Of a stretch of DNA of 64,000 nucleotides, positions 26,151 through 37,100 are shown in pieces. How positions within the stretch are numbered: position 1 is the stretch's first letter; every line of letters starts with the position of its first letter. The position numbers and the translations under genes were made by a program. This DNA comes from a bacterium (GTDB lineage: Bacteria; Electryoneota; JAOADG01): contig OY820579.1 in NCBI GenBank assembly GCA_963681965.1, positions 4,128,001 to 4,192,000 of the forward strand. The letters run 5' to 3'. The notes under the pieces were generated by a model, which saw only the letters and a list, made by a program, of their open reading frames with translations, searched no databases and was not told the DNA's origin.

Positions 26151-28262
26151 TTACTTTAACAGGATTATCTTCTGCGTTCTAACCGCTTCACTTGCTTTCA
26201 TCCGCACAAAATATGTCCCTGACGATAGGCTTTTACCGTCGAAATTGAGTTTGTAATTCCCGGCGCGCTGAAATCCCTGCGATAGCGTCGTCACTTCGCG
26301 CCCCTGCAGATCGAAGACTTTTAGATCGACGTTGCCTGATTGCGGCAGCGAATACGAGATCCTGGTCGAGGAGTTGAACGGATTCGGGTAAGCAGGGTGG
26401 AGCGAGAGTTGAATCGGCAGTGAAGGCGTTCGTTGCTCTTCAACGAATGTTTCTCCGCCGTCGGTTGTATGAAGGATGGTGCCTAAATAACCGATTATCC
26501 ACCCTTCACTAAGATTGATAAAATGTACTTTCCACAGCTCATCTGAAGTACCACTATAAGAACAATCCCAAGTCACACCACCGTTGCTGGTTCGCATTAT
26601 TACACCATAAACTCCCACTGCCCAGCCATGCATGGAATCTAAGAATTGAACGCTATTTAATGTGGGACCATAGCGCTGTACCTGCCAAGTTGACCACCCA
26701 TCGAAAGTTTGGATGAGCAGTCCGTAACCGACGATCCATCCGTGTATTGAGTCGGGACAAGAAATGCCGAACATTTGGTAATCTTCCGGAAAAGGAATTC
26801 TGTTCCAGGTACTTCCACCATTATTTGTAGTCAGCAAACAATTTCCGCCGATTGCATACCCATGCAGCGTATCGCGAAAATCAACTTGCCAGAGATCCAC
26901 ATTGGGAAGAGTAGTGTGGTTCTGTATTGTCCAATTGTTGCCACCGTCATTAGTGTGAATAATTGTGGTATTGTTACCTGAAATCCAGCCTTGATGTCGA
27001 TCGACGAAACAGATACTCCATAACCGGGAATTCAGTTGATAAGGGCTTTGAGTACTCCATGAAACACCTCCATCTGTACTACGACAAATATGATCACTTG
27101 GACTTACTGCCCACCCGTAAAGCGAATCGACGAAGGTTACTCCCCAATAACTATCGCTTGTATCAACGAGTTGCGATGTCCAAGTGACTCCGCCATTCGT
27201 AGTATGGAGAATTGCTCCGCGTAAATTGTCCTCAACCAACGGTCCAGTTGCCCAACCATTATTTCGATCGATAAAATGAATATCGGTTAACCAGCTATAA
27301 TAACCACGGTTTCGGTTAACCCACGTACTACCGTTGTCGGTTGATTGAGATATTAAGCCATGGCTGCCAACAACCCATAAGGTATTCGTTGCGGAGTAAT
27401 CGATGTTGCGACCGATATAATAATTCGGAATTGAATCGGTGACCCAGCTACTCCCTCCATTGGTTGTCCGTAAGATAAACGATGCCACAGACGTGGTACC
27501 AAGAAGGCAACATCGATTGGAATCCCGAATAGCGATCGTAACCTGATTATAGAATCGGTTCACTTGTTGACAACACCAGGTTTCACCCCCATCGGTAGTG
27601 TGATAAATGCTATCGGAAATTGCCCATCCGGATAATGGTGTAGAAAATCCAATTTTCCATACCGCATGGGTACAGGGAAGCTGTCGTAACGTCCAATTAT
27701 CGCCACCGTCGGAAGTGCGATACATCGCACCGGAACCGCTGGTAACCCATCCTACCGAATCGTTGATGAAATTCACATCGTACAAACCGGTAGTGATCGA
27801 ATGTGCCAGATTACTCCAATTCGCGCCACCGTCGCTGGTATGAAAAAACACGCCATGCGTTCCAACAACCCAACCATGCGATTGACCGACGAACGACATT
27901 GATCGCAAACTATCAATCACGGGCATGTTCATGGGAAGCCAATTTTCACCGCCATTGCTGGTTCGATATGCCAATCGGTAGGAGCTTAGCAACCATCCGG
28001 TTTGTGAATTTGCGAATGCGATCTGTTTGAAATTGGCAAAAGTAGGTAGATTTTCCACCGCCCAGAAATTGCCGCCATCGGTCGTGTGCAGGAGTGTGCC
28101 GTCATCACCGGCGATCCAGCCATTCAAAGAATCGGAAAAGCAGATTGAGTTCAAATTGGCAGAGGTCGGATATGGGTTCTGGAATTGCCAATGCTCGCAC
28201 CATGCCAACAGTGGCAAGCTCAATATGAATATGGCAACGAAAAACTTGAAAGACGAATTCAT
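26151..28262 (-). CDS. YCF48/BNR-repeat beta-propeller protein with T9SS type-A C-terminal domain
   Basis: Signal peptide, many F...GW..G..G....T.DGG..W repeats, YPNPFN.ST.I.Y...DL.VFD..GREV...SSGTYF...K..LLK. Confidence 0.9.
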   Translation of the reverse strand: MNSSFKFFVAIFILSLPLLAWCEHWQFQNPYPTSANLNSICFSDSLNGWIAGDDGTLLHTTDGGNFWAVENLPTFANFKQIAFANSQTGWLLSSYRLAYRTSNGGENWLPMNMPVIDSLRSMSFVGQSHGWVVGTHGVFFHTSDGGANWSNLAHSITTGLYDVNFINDSVGWVTSGSGAMYRTSDGGDNWTLRQLPCTHAVWKIGFSTPLSGWAISDSIYHTTDGGETWCCQQVNRFYNQVTIAIRDSNRCCLLGTTSVASFILRTTNGGSSWVTDSIPNYYIGRNIDYSATNTLWVVGSHGLISQSTDNGSTWVNRNRGYYSWLTDIHFIDRNNGWATGPLVEDNLRGAILHTTNGGVTWTSQLVDTSDSYWGVTFVDSLYGWAVSPSDHICRSTDGGVSWSTQSPYQLNSRLWSICFVDRHQGWISGNNTTIIHTNDGGNNWTIQNHTTLPNVDLWQVDFRDTLHGYAIGGNCLLTTNNGGSTWNRIPFPEDYQMFGISCPDSIHGWIVGYGLLIQTFDGWSTWQVQRYGPTLNSVQFLDSMHGWAVGVYGVIMRTSNGGVTWDCSYSGTSDELWKVHFINLSEGWIIGYLGTILHTTDGGETFVEEQRTPSLPIQLSLHPAYPNPFNSSTRISYSLPQSGNVDLKVFDLQGREVTTLSQGFQRAGNYKLNFDGKSLSSGTYFVRMKASEAVRTQKIILLK

Positions 28263-28292
28263 CCTTACTCCGATCTTCACTGCTACTGTTGT

Positions 28293-30518
28293 TTACTTGA
28301 TGAGTTGCAGCTTTCTGACCTGATTTTGATTGCCTGCTTTCATTCGCACAAAATAGGTGCCGGACGAAATATTCCTGGCATCGAAATTGAGTTTGTAGTT
28401 ACCAGCACGTTGAAATCCCTGCGACAACGTCGTCACTTCGCGCCCCTGCAGATCGAAGACTTTAAGATCGATGTTCCCCGATTGCGGCAGCGAATACGAG
28501 ATCGTAGTTGAAGAGTTGAATGGATTGGGATAGCAAGGAAAGAGAGTAAATTTTTCGGGAACGAGTTTTCGTTCGGTTTCGGTGGGGTCAACCCAAGTCA
28601 CACCACCGTTAGTCGTACGCAGCAAAAAGCCATTCGGTCCCGATATCCATCCATGAGCGACATCGGAAAAGCTGATACTATTACTCAAACCAGTCATCAA
28701 CGGTTGATACGACCAAGTCGTTCCGCCATCGGAAGTGTGCATCAAAATGTTTTCGTAATTCATCGAAGAACTGTTTAACCACTGTTCAATCATCCATCCA
28801 TCCATTCGAGAGGTAAAGGTTAAATTGGATAACGTCCACCCCGGTCGACCCAAAAAAACGGATATTCTGAATTGGCGGTTCCAATGATAACCGCCATCGG
28901 TGGTATGAAATAGACTTAATGAATTAGGGTATTGAGTAATCGTATCGGAAATCACGCCGCTTGCCCAGCCGGTAAGTGAATCGAAGAAACAGATTTTTTG
29001 AATAGTGACGGTAGTATCGATAGTTTGTCGATTCCAAGTAACACCACCATCAGTCGTACGGCGCAAAGCCCTAAGAAATACCCATCCATGCAACGAATCG
29101 ACGAAGGATATCATTGATGGTGATGAGTACGGAACTAATAAGTGTGCTGTCCAATGAACGCCGCCATCGGTCGTACGGAGTAACGAATCACTTTTGAATA
29201 ACCAGCCGTGATTCGGATCTGTGAATGTTCCATAGTAAAAATTGTTTGTTGATTGATCGGAACAGCGAATGCTCCAATGTCTCCCCCCATCGGATGAATA
29301 TTGCGCAATTCCGTAATGCAGTCCATTACCGTTAGTACGGCCGAATTTCCAAAATTGATTGGTATCGCACTCGATAAATCCATATACAACTAAAGAATCT
29401 ATATTCGATGAATCGGGATTACTCCAACTGCGACCGGCATCATTGGTTGTCCAGAGCTTACCATCGTTGCTGGAATAGCCATGGTTGCGATCGATATATC
29501 TGGAATATCCGCGAATTGGGATGCGTGGGTTCAGTTCAGTCCAGGTCAAACCAACATTGGTTGAATGAGCAATATATCCGCAGGTGCCGACGCACCATCC
29601 TTGATTCAAACTGGTGAATGCAATACTACCCGGAGGATTGTACCCTTGACTAAAATTATCGACGACAACTCGCCACGTCGTTCCACCGTCACTCGTTACG
29701 ATCAGTGAACCGTCACAAACCGCCAGCAGTGCTTGTTGATTTAAAAAATCGGAATAGATAAAGTATGAATCTCTACCTCGATTGGTCTGTTGCTGGTATC
29801 GGAGTGACCAATTCCGACCCCCGTCAGAACTGTGATAGACTGCATTTTCAAAAATACCCCAAATATTGTTGGTATCAGGTGCAATAAAGTCAAGGATATT
29901 CCGATGTACCGCGCTAGATAGATTCACCCAAGTTCTGCCACCATTTGTCGTCTTGCGAAAATGGCTAGTGTCAAAACCCGGCTCCCAACTCCATCCAAGA
30001 TTTCGATTGAAAAATTTGATTGGGTCTTGTCCATAATGGGAGACTACTTCATTCCAGGTAATTCCTCCATCGGTTGATTGCTGAAGGTTATCGTCGGCGA
30101 TTATCCATCCGGTGGAATCATCGACAAATTGCAACCGATTGATGTTCGTCCTAGTTAAGTCGCCAAAAAATGTGTAGATGGCAGTCCAGTTAGCTCCTCC
30201 ATTAGTTGTGCGAATTAGCATACCGGAATCCCCGGATGCCCAACCGTGATTCAAATTGGTAAATGAGACCTGTCGCAGGTGCCCGGGATAGATTGTCAAC
30301 CATGAGTTTGGACAGTTTTGTCTACTCCAAGTACTTCCGCCATCGGTGGTGCGAAGGATTGTGCCAAAGTCTCCTACTGCCCAGCCATGAAGACTATCGA
30401 GAAAAGTTACAGCGTTGAGCGATTGACCGGTGAATGTCGGACTAATCCAGTTCCAGTTTTGCGCTACAGATATTTGAAATATTGCGAGTATCAGGAATAT
30501 GATTACTGCCGTTTTCAT
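28293..30518 (-). CDS. YCF48/BNR-repeat beta-propeller protein with T9SS type-A C-terminal domain
   Basis: Same architecture as the neighbouring gene; AAGGAG RBS before ATG 30518. Confidence 0.9.
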   Translation of the reverse strand: MKTAVIIFLILAIFQISVAQNWNWISPTFTGQSLNAVTFLDSLHGWAVGDFGTILRTTDGGSTWSRQNCPNSWLTIYPGHLRQVSFTNLNHGWASGDSGMLIRTTNGGANWTAIYTFFGDLTRTNINRLQFVDDSTGWIIADDNLQQSTDGGITWNEVVSHYGQDPIKFFNRNLGWSWEPGFDTSHFRKTTNGGRTWVNLSSAVHRNILDFIAPDTNNIWGIFENAVYHSSDGGRNWSLRYQQQTNRGRDSYFIYSDFLNQQALLAVCDGSLIVTSDGGTTWRVVVDNFSQGYNPPGSIAFTSLNQGWCVGTCGYIAHSTNVGLTWTELNPRIPIRGYSRYIDRNHGYSSNDGKLWTTNDAGRSWSNPDSSNIDSLVVYGFIECDTNQFWKFGRTNGNGLHYGIAQYSSDGGRHWSIRCSDQSTNNFYYGTFTDPNHGWLFKSDSLLRTTDGGVHWTAHLLVPYSSPSMISFVDSLHGWVFLRALRRTTDGGVTWNRQTIDTTVTIQKICFFDSLTGWASGVISDTITQYPNSLSLFHTTDGGYHWNRQFRISVFLGRPGWTLSNLTFTSRMDGWMIEQWLNSSSMNYENILMHTSDGGTTWSYQPLMTGLSNSISFSDVAHGWISGPNGFLLRTTNGGVTWVDPTETERKLVPEKFTLFPCYPNPFNSSTTISYSLPQSGNIDLKVFDLQGREVTTLSQGFQRAGNYKLNFDARNISSGTYFVRMKAGNQNQVRKLQLIK

Positions 30519-30651
30519 TTTTATCTCCTTCACAACGCTTCGATCGAATAGTAGTAACTCATTTTCTGTCGTGCGATCCCACTATTATTCGGAGTGGCAA
30601 CCTCACAATTCGTAGTCTGAATTGCTTCCAAATTCAGATTCAAAACATGGA

Positions 30652-31272
30652 TTACTTCAACAAAACGACCTTCTGTGTTCTTACCGATTCACCTGCTTTC
30701 ATCCGCACAAAATAAGTACCCGACGATAAATTCTTCCCCTCGAAATTGAGCTTGTAATTCCCGGCGCGCTGAAATCCTTGATAGAGGGAACGCACTTCGC
30801 GCCCCTGCAGATCGAATACCTTTAGATCGATGTTCCCCGATTTAGGCAGCGAATACGAGATCGTGGTCGAGGAGTTAAACGGATTCGGGTAGTTTGGGTG
30901 CATCGTGAAGGACTGCGGGATCGATCGTTGCGGTGGTTCTTCAATCCAAGTGGTGCCACCGGTGGAAGTGTGAAAAATTGTACCCGATGCACCACTTATC
31001 CAACCGAGATTTCTATTAAGAAATGCCAGACCCTGAAAATAACCGGTACCAATTTCTGACTGAGAACTCCAATTTTGGCCGCCATCGTCTGTACGCAAAA
31101 TTGTCTCGGCAAATCCAATGATCCATCCAGTTGAATCATTGACAAATTGAACATTTGTTAGACTGGTACTTGTCGGCAGCGGATTCTGCCACTCCCAGTT
31201 CTGCCCCAACGCAGAGTTCGACAACGATTCGAACAGAATGAAAATCGCGGAAATAAGGATTGAGGTTTTCAT
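30652..31272 (-). CDS. Short YCF48-repeat protein (two repeats) with T9SS type-A C-terminal domain
   Basis: Signal peptide, WEWQNPLP, two T..GG..W repeats, YPNPFN...KVVLLK. Confidence 0.82.
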   Translation of the reverse strand: MKTSILISAIFILFESLSNSALGQNWEWQNPLPTSTSLTNVQFVNDSTGWIIGFAETILRTDDGGQNWSSQSEIGTGYFQGLAFLNRNLGWISGASGTIFHTSTGGTTWIEEPPQRSIPQSFTMHPNYPNPFNSSTTISYSLPKSGNIDLKVFDLQGREVRSLYQGFQRAGNYKLNFEGKNLSSGTYFVRMKAGESVRTQKVVLLK

Positions 31273-31491
31273 CGCAACTCCAACAAGTTTCTGGAAGATT
31301 CTTGGTAGTATAATGATAATACAATCAAAAATATCGCAATTCTAGAGGAATTCAGTGAATTTGAAAAAATCCACCGGTAGTGGTCGCTTGTCGTCCAACC
31401 ACAACCGCAACTCATCAATTCTTCAGAATTACCGAATTATTTCTGGAAAAATGCTTTTACTTTAGCGAAAACTTGCTTATTTTTTGCAGCC

Positions 31492-31965
31492 ATGTCCGAA
31501 CCAACCCCCACGAATTCGTGGCGCATCTTACCCTTGACCGAAGATTACCGCAAGACCGCCTTCTTTGCGATGGCAGTCGCTGTATGCTTACTGGCAGTAC
31601 AACTCGGCTTTCAGGAAAACTGGCTGACGGCGCTTGCGGCGCTGTTCCTGCTCGGATCGCTACGAATGTTTTGGTCCCCCACCTGGTATGAGATTACTCG
31701 GGAGGGTGTGGTCGTGCGCACAGCGTTCTATCGCGTGGTACACAAATGGGAGCGGTTCAAAGTGGTGAAAGACGATCCGCGCGGTCTAGTATTGACCCCG
31801 TTCCGCAGCAATTCGCGACTGGAGAGTTTCCGCGGTCTGTTTTTGCGGCTGCCGCTCAACCAACTTGAGCTGAAAGCCGATATCCGGCGACAGTGCGAAC
31901 ACTACCTCGGCATCGCGCCTAAACCGGAAGTCGAACCGTCGACAACCACGGAGCACCCGGTATGA
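31492..31965 (+). CDS. Hypothetical membrane protein (two TM segments plus a soluble domain)
   Basis: Two hydrophobic segments; ATGA overlap with the next gene. Confidence 0.7.
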   Translation: MSEPTPTNSWRILPLTEDYRKTAFFAMAVAVCLLAVQLGFQENWLTALAALFLLGSLRMFWSPTWYEITREGVVVRTAFYRVVHKWERFKVVKDDPRGLVLTPFRSNSRLESFRGLFLRLPLNQLELKADIRRQCEHYLGIAPKPEVEPSTTTEHPV

Positions 31966-32387
31966 ATTGGTTCGGCAATTATCAGACCACCGATACCGGT
32001 AAACCGGAATTCACCCAAGCCGATATCGAGCTGCTAAATCGACTGGCGAAGAAAATCGTCTCGCGACGGATGACCATTCCGGCAGTGATGTTTTTCGAAT
32101 CGATCAAGCCGCTCAATTTCGTCGGTGCGCAAGCGATGATTTTTATTCAACCGTTCGTCACGGTGCTGTTCACCATCCCGGAATACGAGCGGGTACGCGT
32201 CTTGCTGGAACGACGCGAAACGCTGTACAAATTTGTCGAAATCCTCGAGCAACAAGAAGACGAATTCCTGGTGCTGGAAAAACTGGAAAACGAAGCACAA
32301 CGCCAACGAACCGCCGCCGACCGGATTGCCCGGGGAAAACCCGAATTGCCGTGGTGGAGACGAATCTTCCACCGCGATCCGCGGTAA
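31962..32387 (+). CDS. Hypothetical protein
   Basis: GGAG RBS, ATGA coupling, protein-like composition (PA.MF.ES.KPL.F.G.Q). Confidence 0.7.
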   Translation: MNWFGNYQTTDTGKPEFTQADIELLNRLAKKIVSRRMTIPAVMFFESIKPLNFVGAQAMIFIQPFVTVLFTIPEYERVRVLLERRETLYKFVEILEQQEDEFLVLEKLENEAQRQRTAADRIARGKPELPWWRRIFHRDPR

Positions 32388-32413
32388 TGTTTTATTAGAA
32401 TACGAGCGAAGAG

Positions 32414-33646
32414 ATGCGTACACTGCTTTGCAATGCCACCGTCATCACCCAAAATGCCACGCGTGAAATTTTTCGCGGCGACATCGTCATCGATAACGAC
32501 CGGATCGAAATACCCGAATCGGGTCCGGTGATTCAAGCCGACGAAGTGATCGACCTTACGGGAAAGTTTTTGCTCCCCGGTTTCATTCAAGCACACATCC
32601 ACCTCTGCCAGACTAATCTCCGCAATTGCGCCGACGACCGCGAACTGCTGCCATGGCTGCGCGAAGTGGTCTGGGTCGGCGAAGCGAAACACAACCGCGA
32701 AACGATTTATCAAACGGCACGATTGGCAATCGATGAATTGATTGCCGGCGGTACGACTGCGATCCTAACGATGGAGACGGTGCATTATACCGCTGCAGCA
32801 GTGGAAGCGGTAATCGACGGTGGAATCCGCGCCATCATCGGCAAGACCTTGATGGATGTCGATGCCGGTCAACCGGCGGCATTGTTGGAAAACAGCGAGG
32901 AAGCTTTGCGCGAAGCGGACCGACTTTTCGATCAATTTCACGGTCGCGAATCGGGTCGTATTGGGATCTGTTATGCACCGCGATTCGTACCTACCTGTTC
33001 GGAAAAACTTCTTCGCGGCGTGGCTGCGCGCGCAACCGAGCGCAATGCGATTATCCATACGCACTGTTCGGAAAATCTCGGTGAAATTCAGCTCGTTCGC
33101 GAACAGACCGGGATGGACAATCTGCAATATCTTTCTCACCTTGGATTGTTATCGCCGCGTACCGGATTGGCGCACTGCATTCATTTGATCGCCGGCGATA
33201 CCGAAATTCTGCGCGATCATGGGGTCCATCTGCTGCACTGCCCATCGTCGAATTTGAAGTTGGGTAGTGGCATTGCGCCGATCGCAGAACTCATGGCAGC
33301 CGGAGTCAATATCGCGCTGGGCGCCGACGGCGCGCCGTGCAACAACAATCTCGATGGTTTACATGAAGCGCGATTGATGCCGATGTTGCAGGCGATTCGC
33401 GTCGGACCGGGCAAGGTGACGGCGCAACACGCACTCGATGCACTGACGATCAATGGCGCGAAAGCATTGGGATTATCCCATGAAATCGGTTCGATCGAAC
33501 CGGGCAAGAAAGCCGATCTGATTGTGATCAATCCGAATCGACCGCATGCGCAAGGGGGCGACGATCCGGTATCGCGATTGATCTATTCGTGTCGTGCCGA
33601 CGATGTCGAGCGCGTCTGGATCGACGGTGTTGAAATCGGATCATAG
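32414..33646 (+). CDS. Amidohydrolase, 5'-deoxyadenosine/MTA-SAH deaminase-like
   Basis: PGFIQAHIHLCQT, GGTT, HTHCSE, AHCIH, CPSSNLKLGSG, GADG, GSIE.GKKAD. Confidence 0.9.
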   Translation: MRTLLCNATVITQNATREIFRGDIVIDNDRIEIPESGPVIQADEVIDLTGKFLLPGFIQAHIHLCQTNLRNCADDRELLPWLREVVWVGEAKHNRETIYQTARLAIDELIAGGTTAILTMETVHYTAAAVEAVIDGGIRAIIGKTLMDVDAGQPAALLENSEEALREADRLFDQFHGRESGRIGICYAPRFVPTCSEKLLRGVAARATERNAIIHTHCSENLGEIQLVREQTGMDNLQYLSHLGLLSPRTGLAHCIHLIAGDTEILRDHGVHLLHCPSSNLKLGSGIAPIAELMAAGVNIALGADGAPCNNNLDGLHEARLMPMLQAIRVGPGKVTAQHALDALTINGAKALGLSHEIGSIEPGKKADLIVINPNRPHAQGGDDPVSRLIYSCRADDVERVWIDGVEIGS

Positions 33647-33687
33647 GTGATTGGTGCTCGGTAGAAGACGGTAGCGATCGTATTTCG

Positions 33688-33965
33688 GTAGGTCAGAACT
33701 TGTTCTGACCACCTCCTGTGTCCGCAACCGTATTTCGGTAGGTCGGAATTTATTCCGACTCCTCCGGTGTCTTGTTTTTGGTGGCGCAGGCCTCCGAGCC
33801 TGCGATCCCTTTCGGTAGGTCGGAATTTATTCCGACTTTTTTTTCGTAGGTACAGACACTCCTGACTGTACATGTCCGCCGTATGGCGGACACAAATTCA
33901 AAGGTCGACAGACAGGAGTGTCTGTCGCTACGAATGATTGCACGACCGCGGAGATAAGCCCCTAC
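33688..33965. repeat. Dense REP-like cluster with an inverted (REPIN-like) pair
   Basis: Feet at 33688, 33738, 33781, 33815 and 33846. Inverted partner CGACAGACAGGAGTGTCTGTCGCTAC at 33906-33931. Confidence 0.88.
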
Positions 33966-34165
33966 TCATAAAAGAATCGGAAAATTTTTCGTCTTTCAGA
34001 AAAGAACCGACTCGTCCATTACCGATCCTTTACGGATTGCCGACGATCACAACTATTTCTCTTGATTCCTAATATTTCATGTTAATTGCCCCAAAGAATC
34101 GATATCTTTCAAAGATTCTTTCTACTAATTGTATCGCCTTTACCAATGACTCAAATGGATCACAC

Positions 34166-37100
34166 ATGCGCCATCTGCTACCCGCGTTTATCGCCAATGC
34201 CAATCAACGAGAACAGTATCACGGTTCGTTTCACGGTTATGCCGCCATGATCGATATCAGTGGCTTTACTGCGCTGACTCAGGCACTGATGCAGCACGGT
34301 GTCGAAGGGGCGGAAGTGCTGTCCGGTGCGATCAACCAGATCTTCACACCGACGATTGCTGCAATTCACCAGCACGGCGGATTTGTTTCCAGTTTCGCCG
34401 GAGATGCAATTACCGCGCTGTTCCCTTCGCGCTCAGTTTCTGCAAACAGACTGCTGTCAGCAGCCATTGCGATTCGCGATCAATTCGAGCGCCATGGCAA
34501 CATCTCGACCAAATTCGGCGCATTCAATCTCGCTGTCCATATCGGAATCGGCTTTGGAAAAATTCAGTGGGATATTCTACCGTGCCAACCACAGCATCTC
34601 TATTGGTTTTCCGGTGACGCAATCCAGCAATGTTCGGCGAGCGAGCATTTGGCGGGTGTGAATGAGATTGTTTGCGATGCCAGTACCGTAACGAATCATA
34701 CCAATCGTCGAGAAGTATCAGCGAAAAAAATCGCGTCGGGTTATTATCGAATTGAATCGATTCGATCAGCTAGTGAACCGAAACTGATTTCACCTCAACG
34801 AATCGCTCAAGCGCATTTCATTCCCAAATCGATCCGTACCCAAACGAATGCCGGCGAATTTCGCGAAGTCGTATCCTGCTTTATCAATTTGCAACCCGGA
34901 AAATCAGTCCGATCCGATATTGCAACGATTGCAGCGCTATGCCATCAATTCGGCGGGTACTTGAATAAAGTCGATTACGGCGATAAAGGGTGGGTCGTGT
35001 TAGTAGTATTCGGTGCACCGATCGCACACGAAAAAATTGCCCACCGCGCCAGTTATTTTGCTGTCGCGTTAAAGACCCATATCGGAAATCACATCCGGAT
35101 CGGCCTATCGATGGGAACCGCATTTGCCGGATTCACCGGTGCTGCAGCTCGCGGTGAGTATACCGTTTTGGGGATGTCGGTTAATCTTGCCGCTCGCTTC
35201 ATGATGGCAGCGGAATGGGGTGAAGTGCTGCTCGATTCGCAATTATCGCATCATTTGCGGCAACGCTGTGTCATGACTGCGCTGGCAAATAGGTCATTCA
35301 AAGGGTTCAGCGATCCGATTCCAGTGCATCGCCTCGAGAGAAAGGGAGTGCAGCATACAGCCCGGCACGGTTTCTCCGGACAGTTGATCGGACGCGATTC
35401 GGAATTGGAGAAATTGCGGGAATGGTGCACACCGATATTCACCAACAAATATGCCGGCATCGGATATATCTACGGTGAACCGGGTCAAGGCAAATCGCGC
35501 CTGATCTGGGAATTTGAACAGTTGATCGCCGACCGCGCGCGGATCATAACATTGCCTTGTGACGGCATTTTACAGCAACCGTTGAATCCATTTGCCTATT
35601 GGATTAGACAACTAGTTTCGATCGATGATTCACCTGCGACTGCCGGGAAACTGGAACAATTCCACCAGTATTGGAAACAATTCATTGCCGAATTTGCGAC
35701 ATCAGAAGCCCACCACAACGAATTGCAGCGAATCGAATCGCTGATCGCCGCCATCATCGGTTTGGAGTGGGAAGGTTCGATCTATACCGTGTTGGCGCCG
35801 AAAGACCGCCCTGCCGCAATCCGAATGGCACTCAAGGAATTGGTCGTTACATTAGCACATAAACAACCATTGATTCTAATTCTCGAAGATTTACACTGGA
35901 TCGATTCGGTTTCGATCGAGGTCTTTCGTTATCTGCTCCGTGCGATTACCGACCTGCCCCTTGCCGTTATTGTTACGAGTCGCTATCGCGACGACGGCAG
36001 CAAACCGATACTAACTGCCGATGACGATGTCCCGCGGCAGGAACTCGATCTCAATCAGCTTGATAAAAAGCAAGTTGCCACCCTGCTCGAAGATGTGTTG
36101 CAAGCGGCACCGGATAATGATTTGGTGACATTTATCTTCGCCAAAGCACATGGCAATCCATTCGCGTCGGAACAACTGGCATACTATCTACAGGAACGAA
36201 ACAGTATTCACCTCCGCGTTGAACGCGCAATCCTCACTTCGGTGGCAGCAGGAATGCCCTCGGATCTTCAGGGAGTTCTGATTGCTCGACTCGATCGTCT
36301 CGAAGCGCAACTCAAAGCGATCGTTCAAACTGCCAGTGTGTTGGGTCGCGAATTTGCCGTAATCGTGTTGGAAAAAATGCTGAATAGCTTGGGTCGGAAA
36401 CGAACTCGATCGCAATCGGAAGGATTGCTTATACCTCAGCTCGAAGCCGGCGAACAAAAGCGCGTCTGGAATGCTTTGGAAGAGTATCGCTACATCTTCA
36501 ATCACTCGTTGTTGCGCGATGCTGCCTATCAGATGCAACTCAAAAAGCATTTGAAACATATCCACCAAATTGCCGCCGAAACATTGGTTGCACTCTATCC
36601 CGATGACAAGAGTTTTACGGCGGAAATTGCCAATCACTTCGATCTGGCAGAGCAGTGGGAACAAGCAGTCGAATTTTATCTCAAAGCCGGTGATTATGAA
36701 AAAGAGGGATTTCACTTCCAGCTAGCACTGTCCAACTATCAGCGTGCGATGACGATCAGTCTGAATCAAAATTGGAATGTGACTCCTACGACAGCGCAGT
36801 TGCACTACAAAATCGGGCTCACACATCAGGATAAAGGGGAATATGCACTGGCGATGACGCTATACGAGCAGATGTTGCAAATCCATTTAGCGCTGTATGG
36901 CGAACACCATGAGAAAATTGCCGATGTGTACCAAGCCTTCGGATATATCTATTGGATTACCGGCGAATACGATCGGTCGCTGGAAATTTTCCTGAAAGCG
37001 TTGCAGATTCGACTGGACACACAGGGCGATTCGCATCCGAATGTTGCACTCCTATACGGCAATATTGGTCTGATCTATGCCTACAAGAAATCAACCGATC

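Noticed and set aside
26151-30891. Repeated C-terminal segments as a diversity-generating retroelement TR/VR pair
   Set aside because: Differences are not adenine-specific, all copies are coding T9SS tails, and no reverse transcriptase is present.
33688-33965. Regularly spaced palindromes as a CRISPR array
   Set aside because: Repeat units differ from each other, spacers are low-complexity and uneven, and there are no cas genes; fits REP elements.
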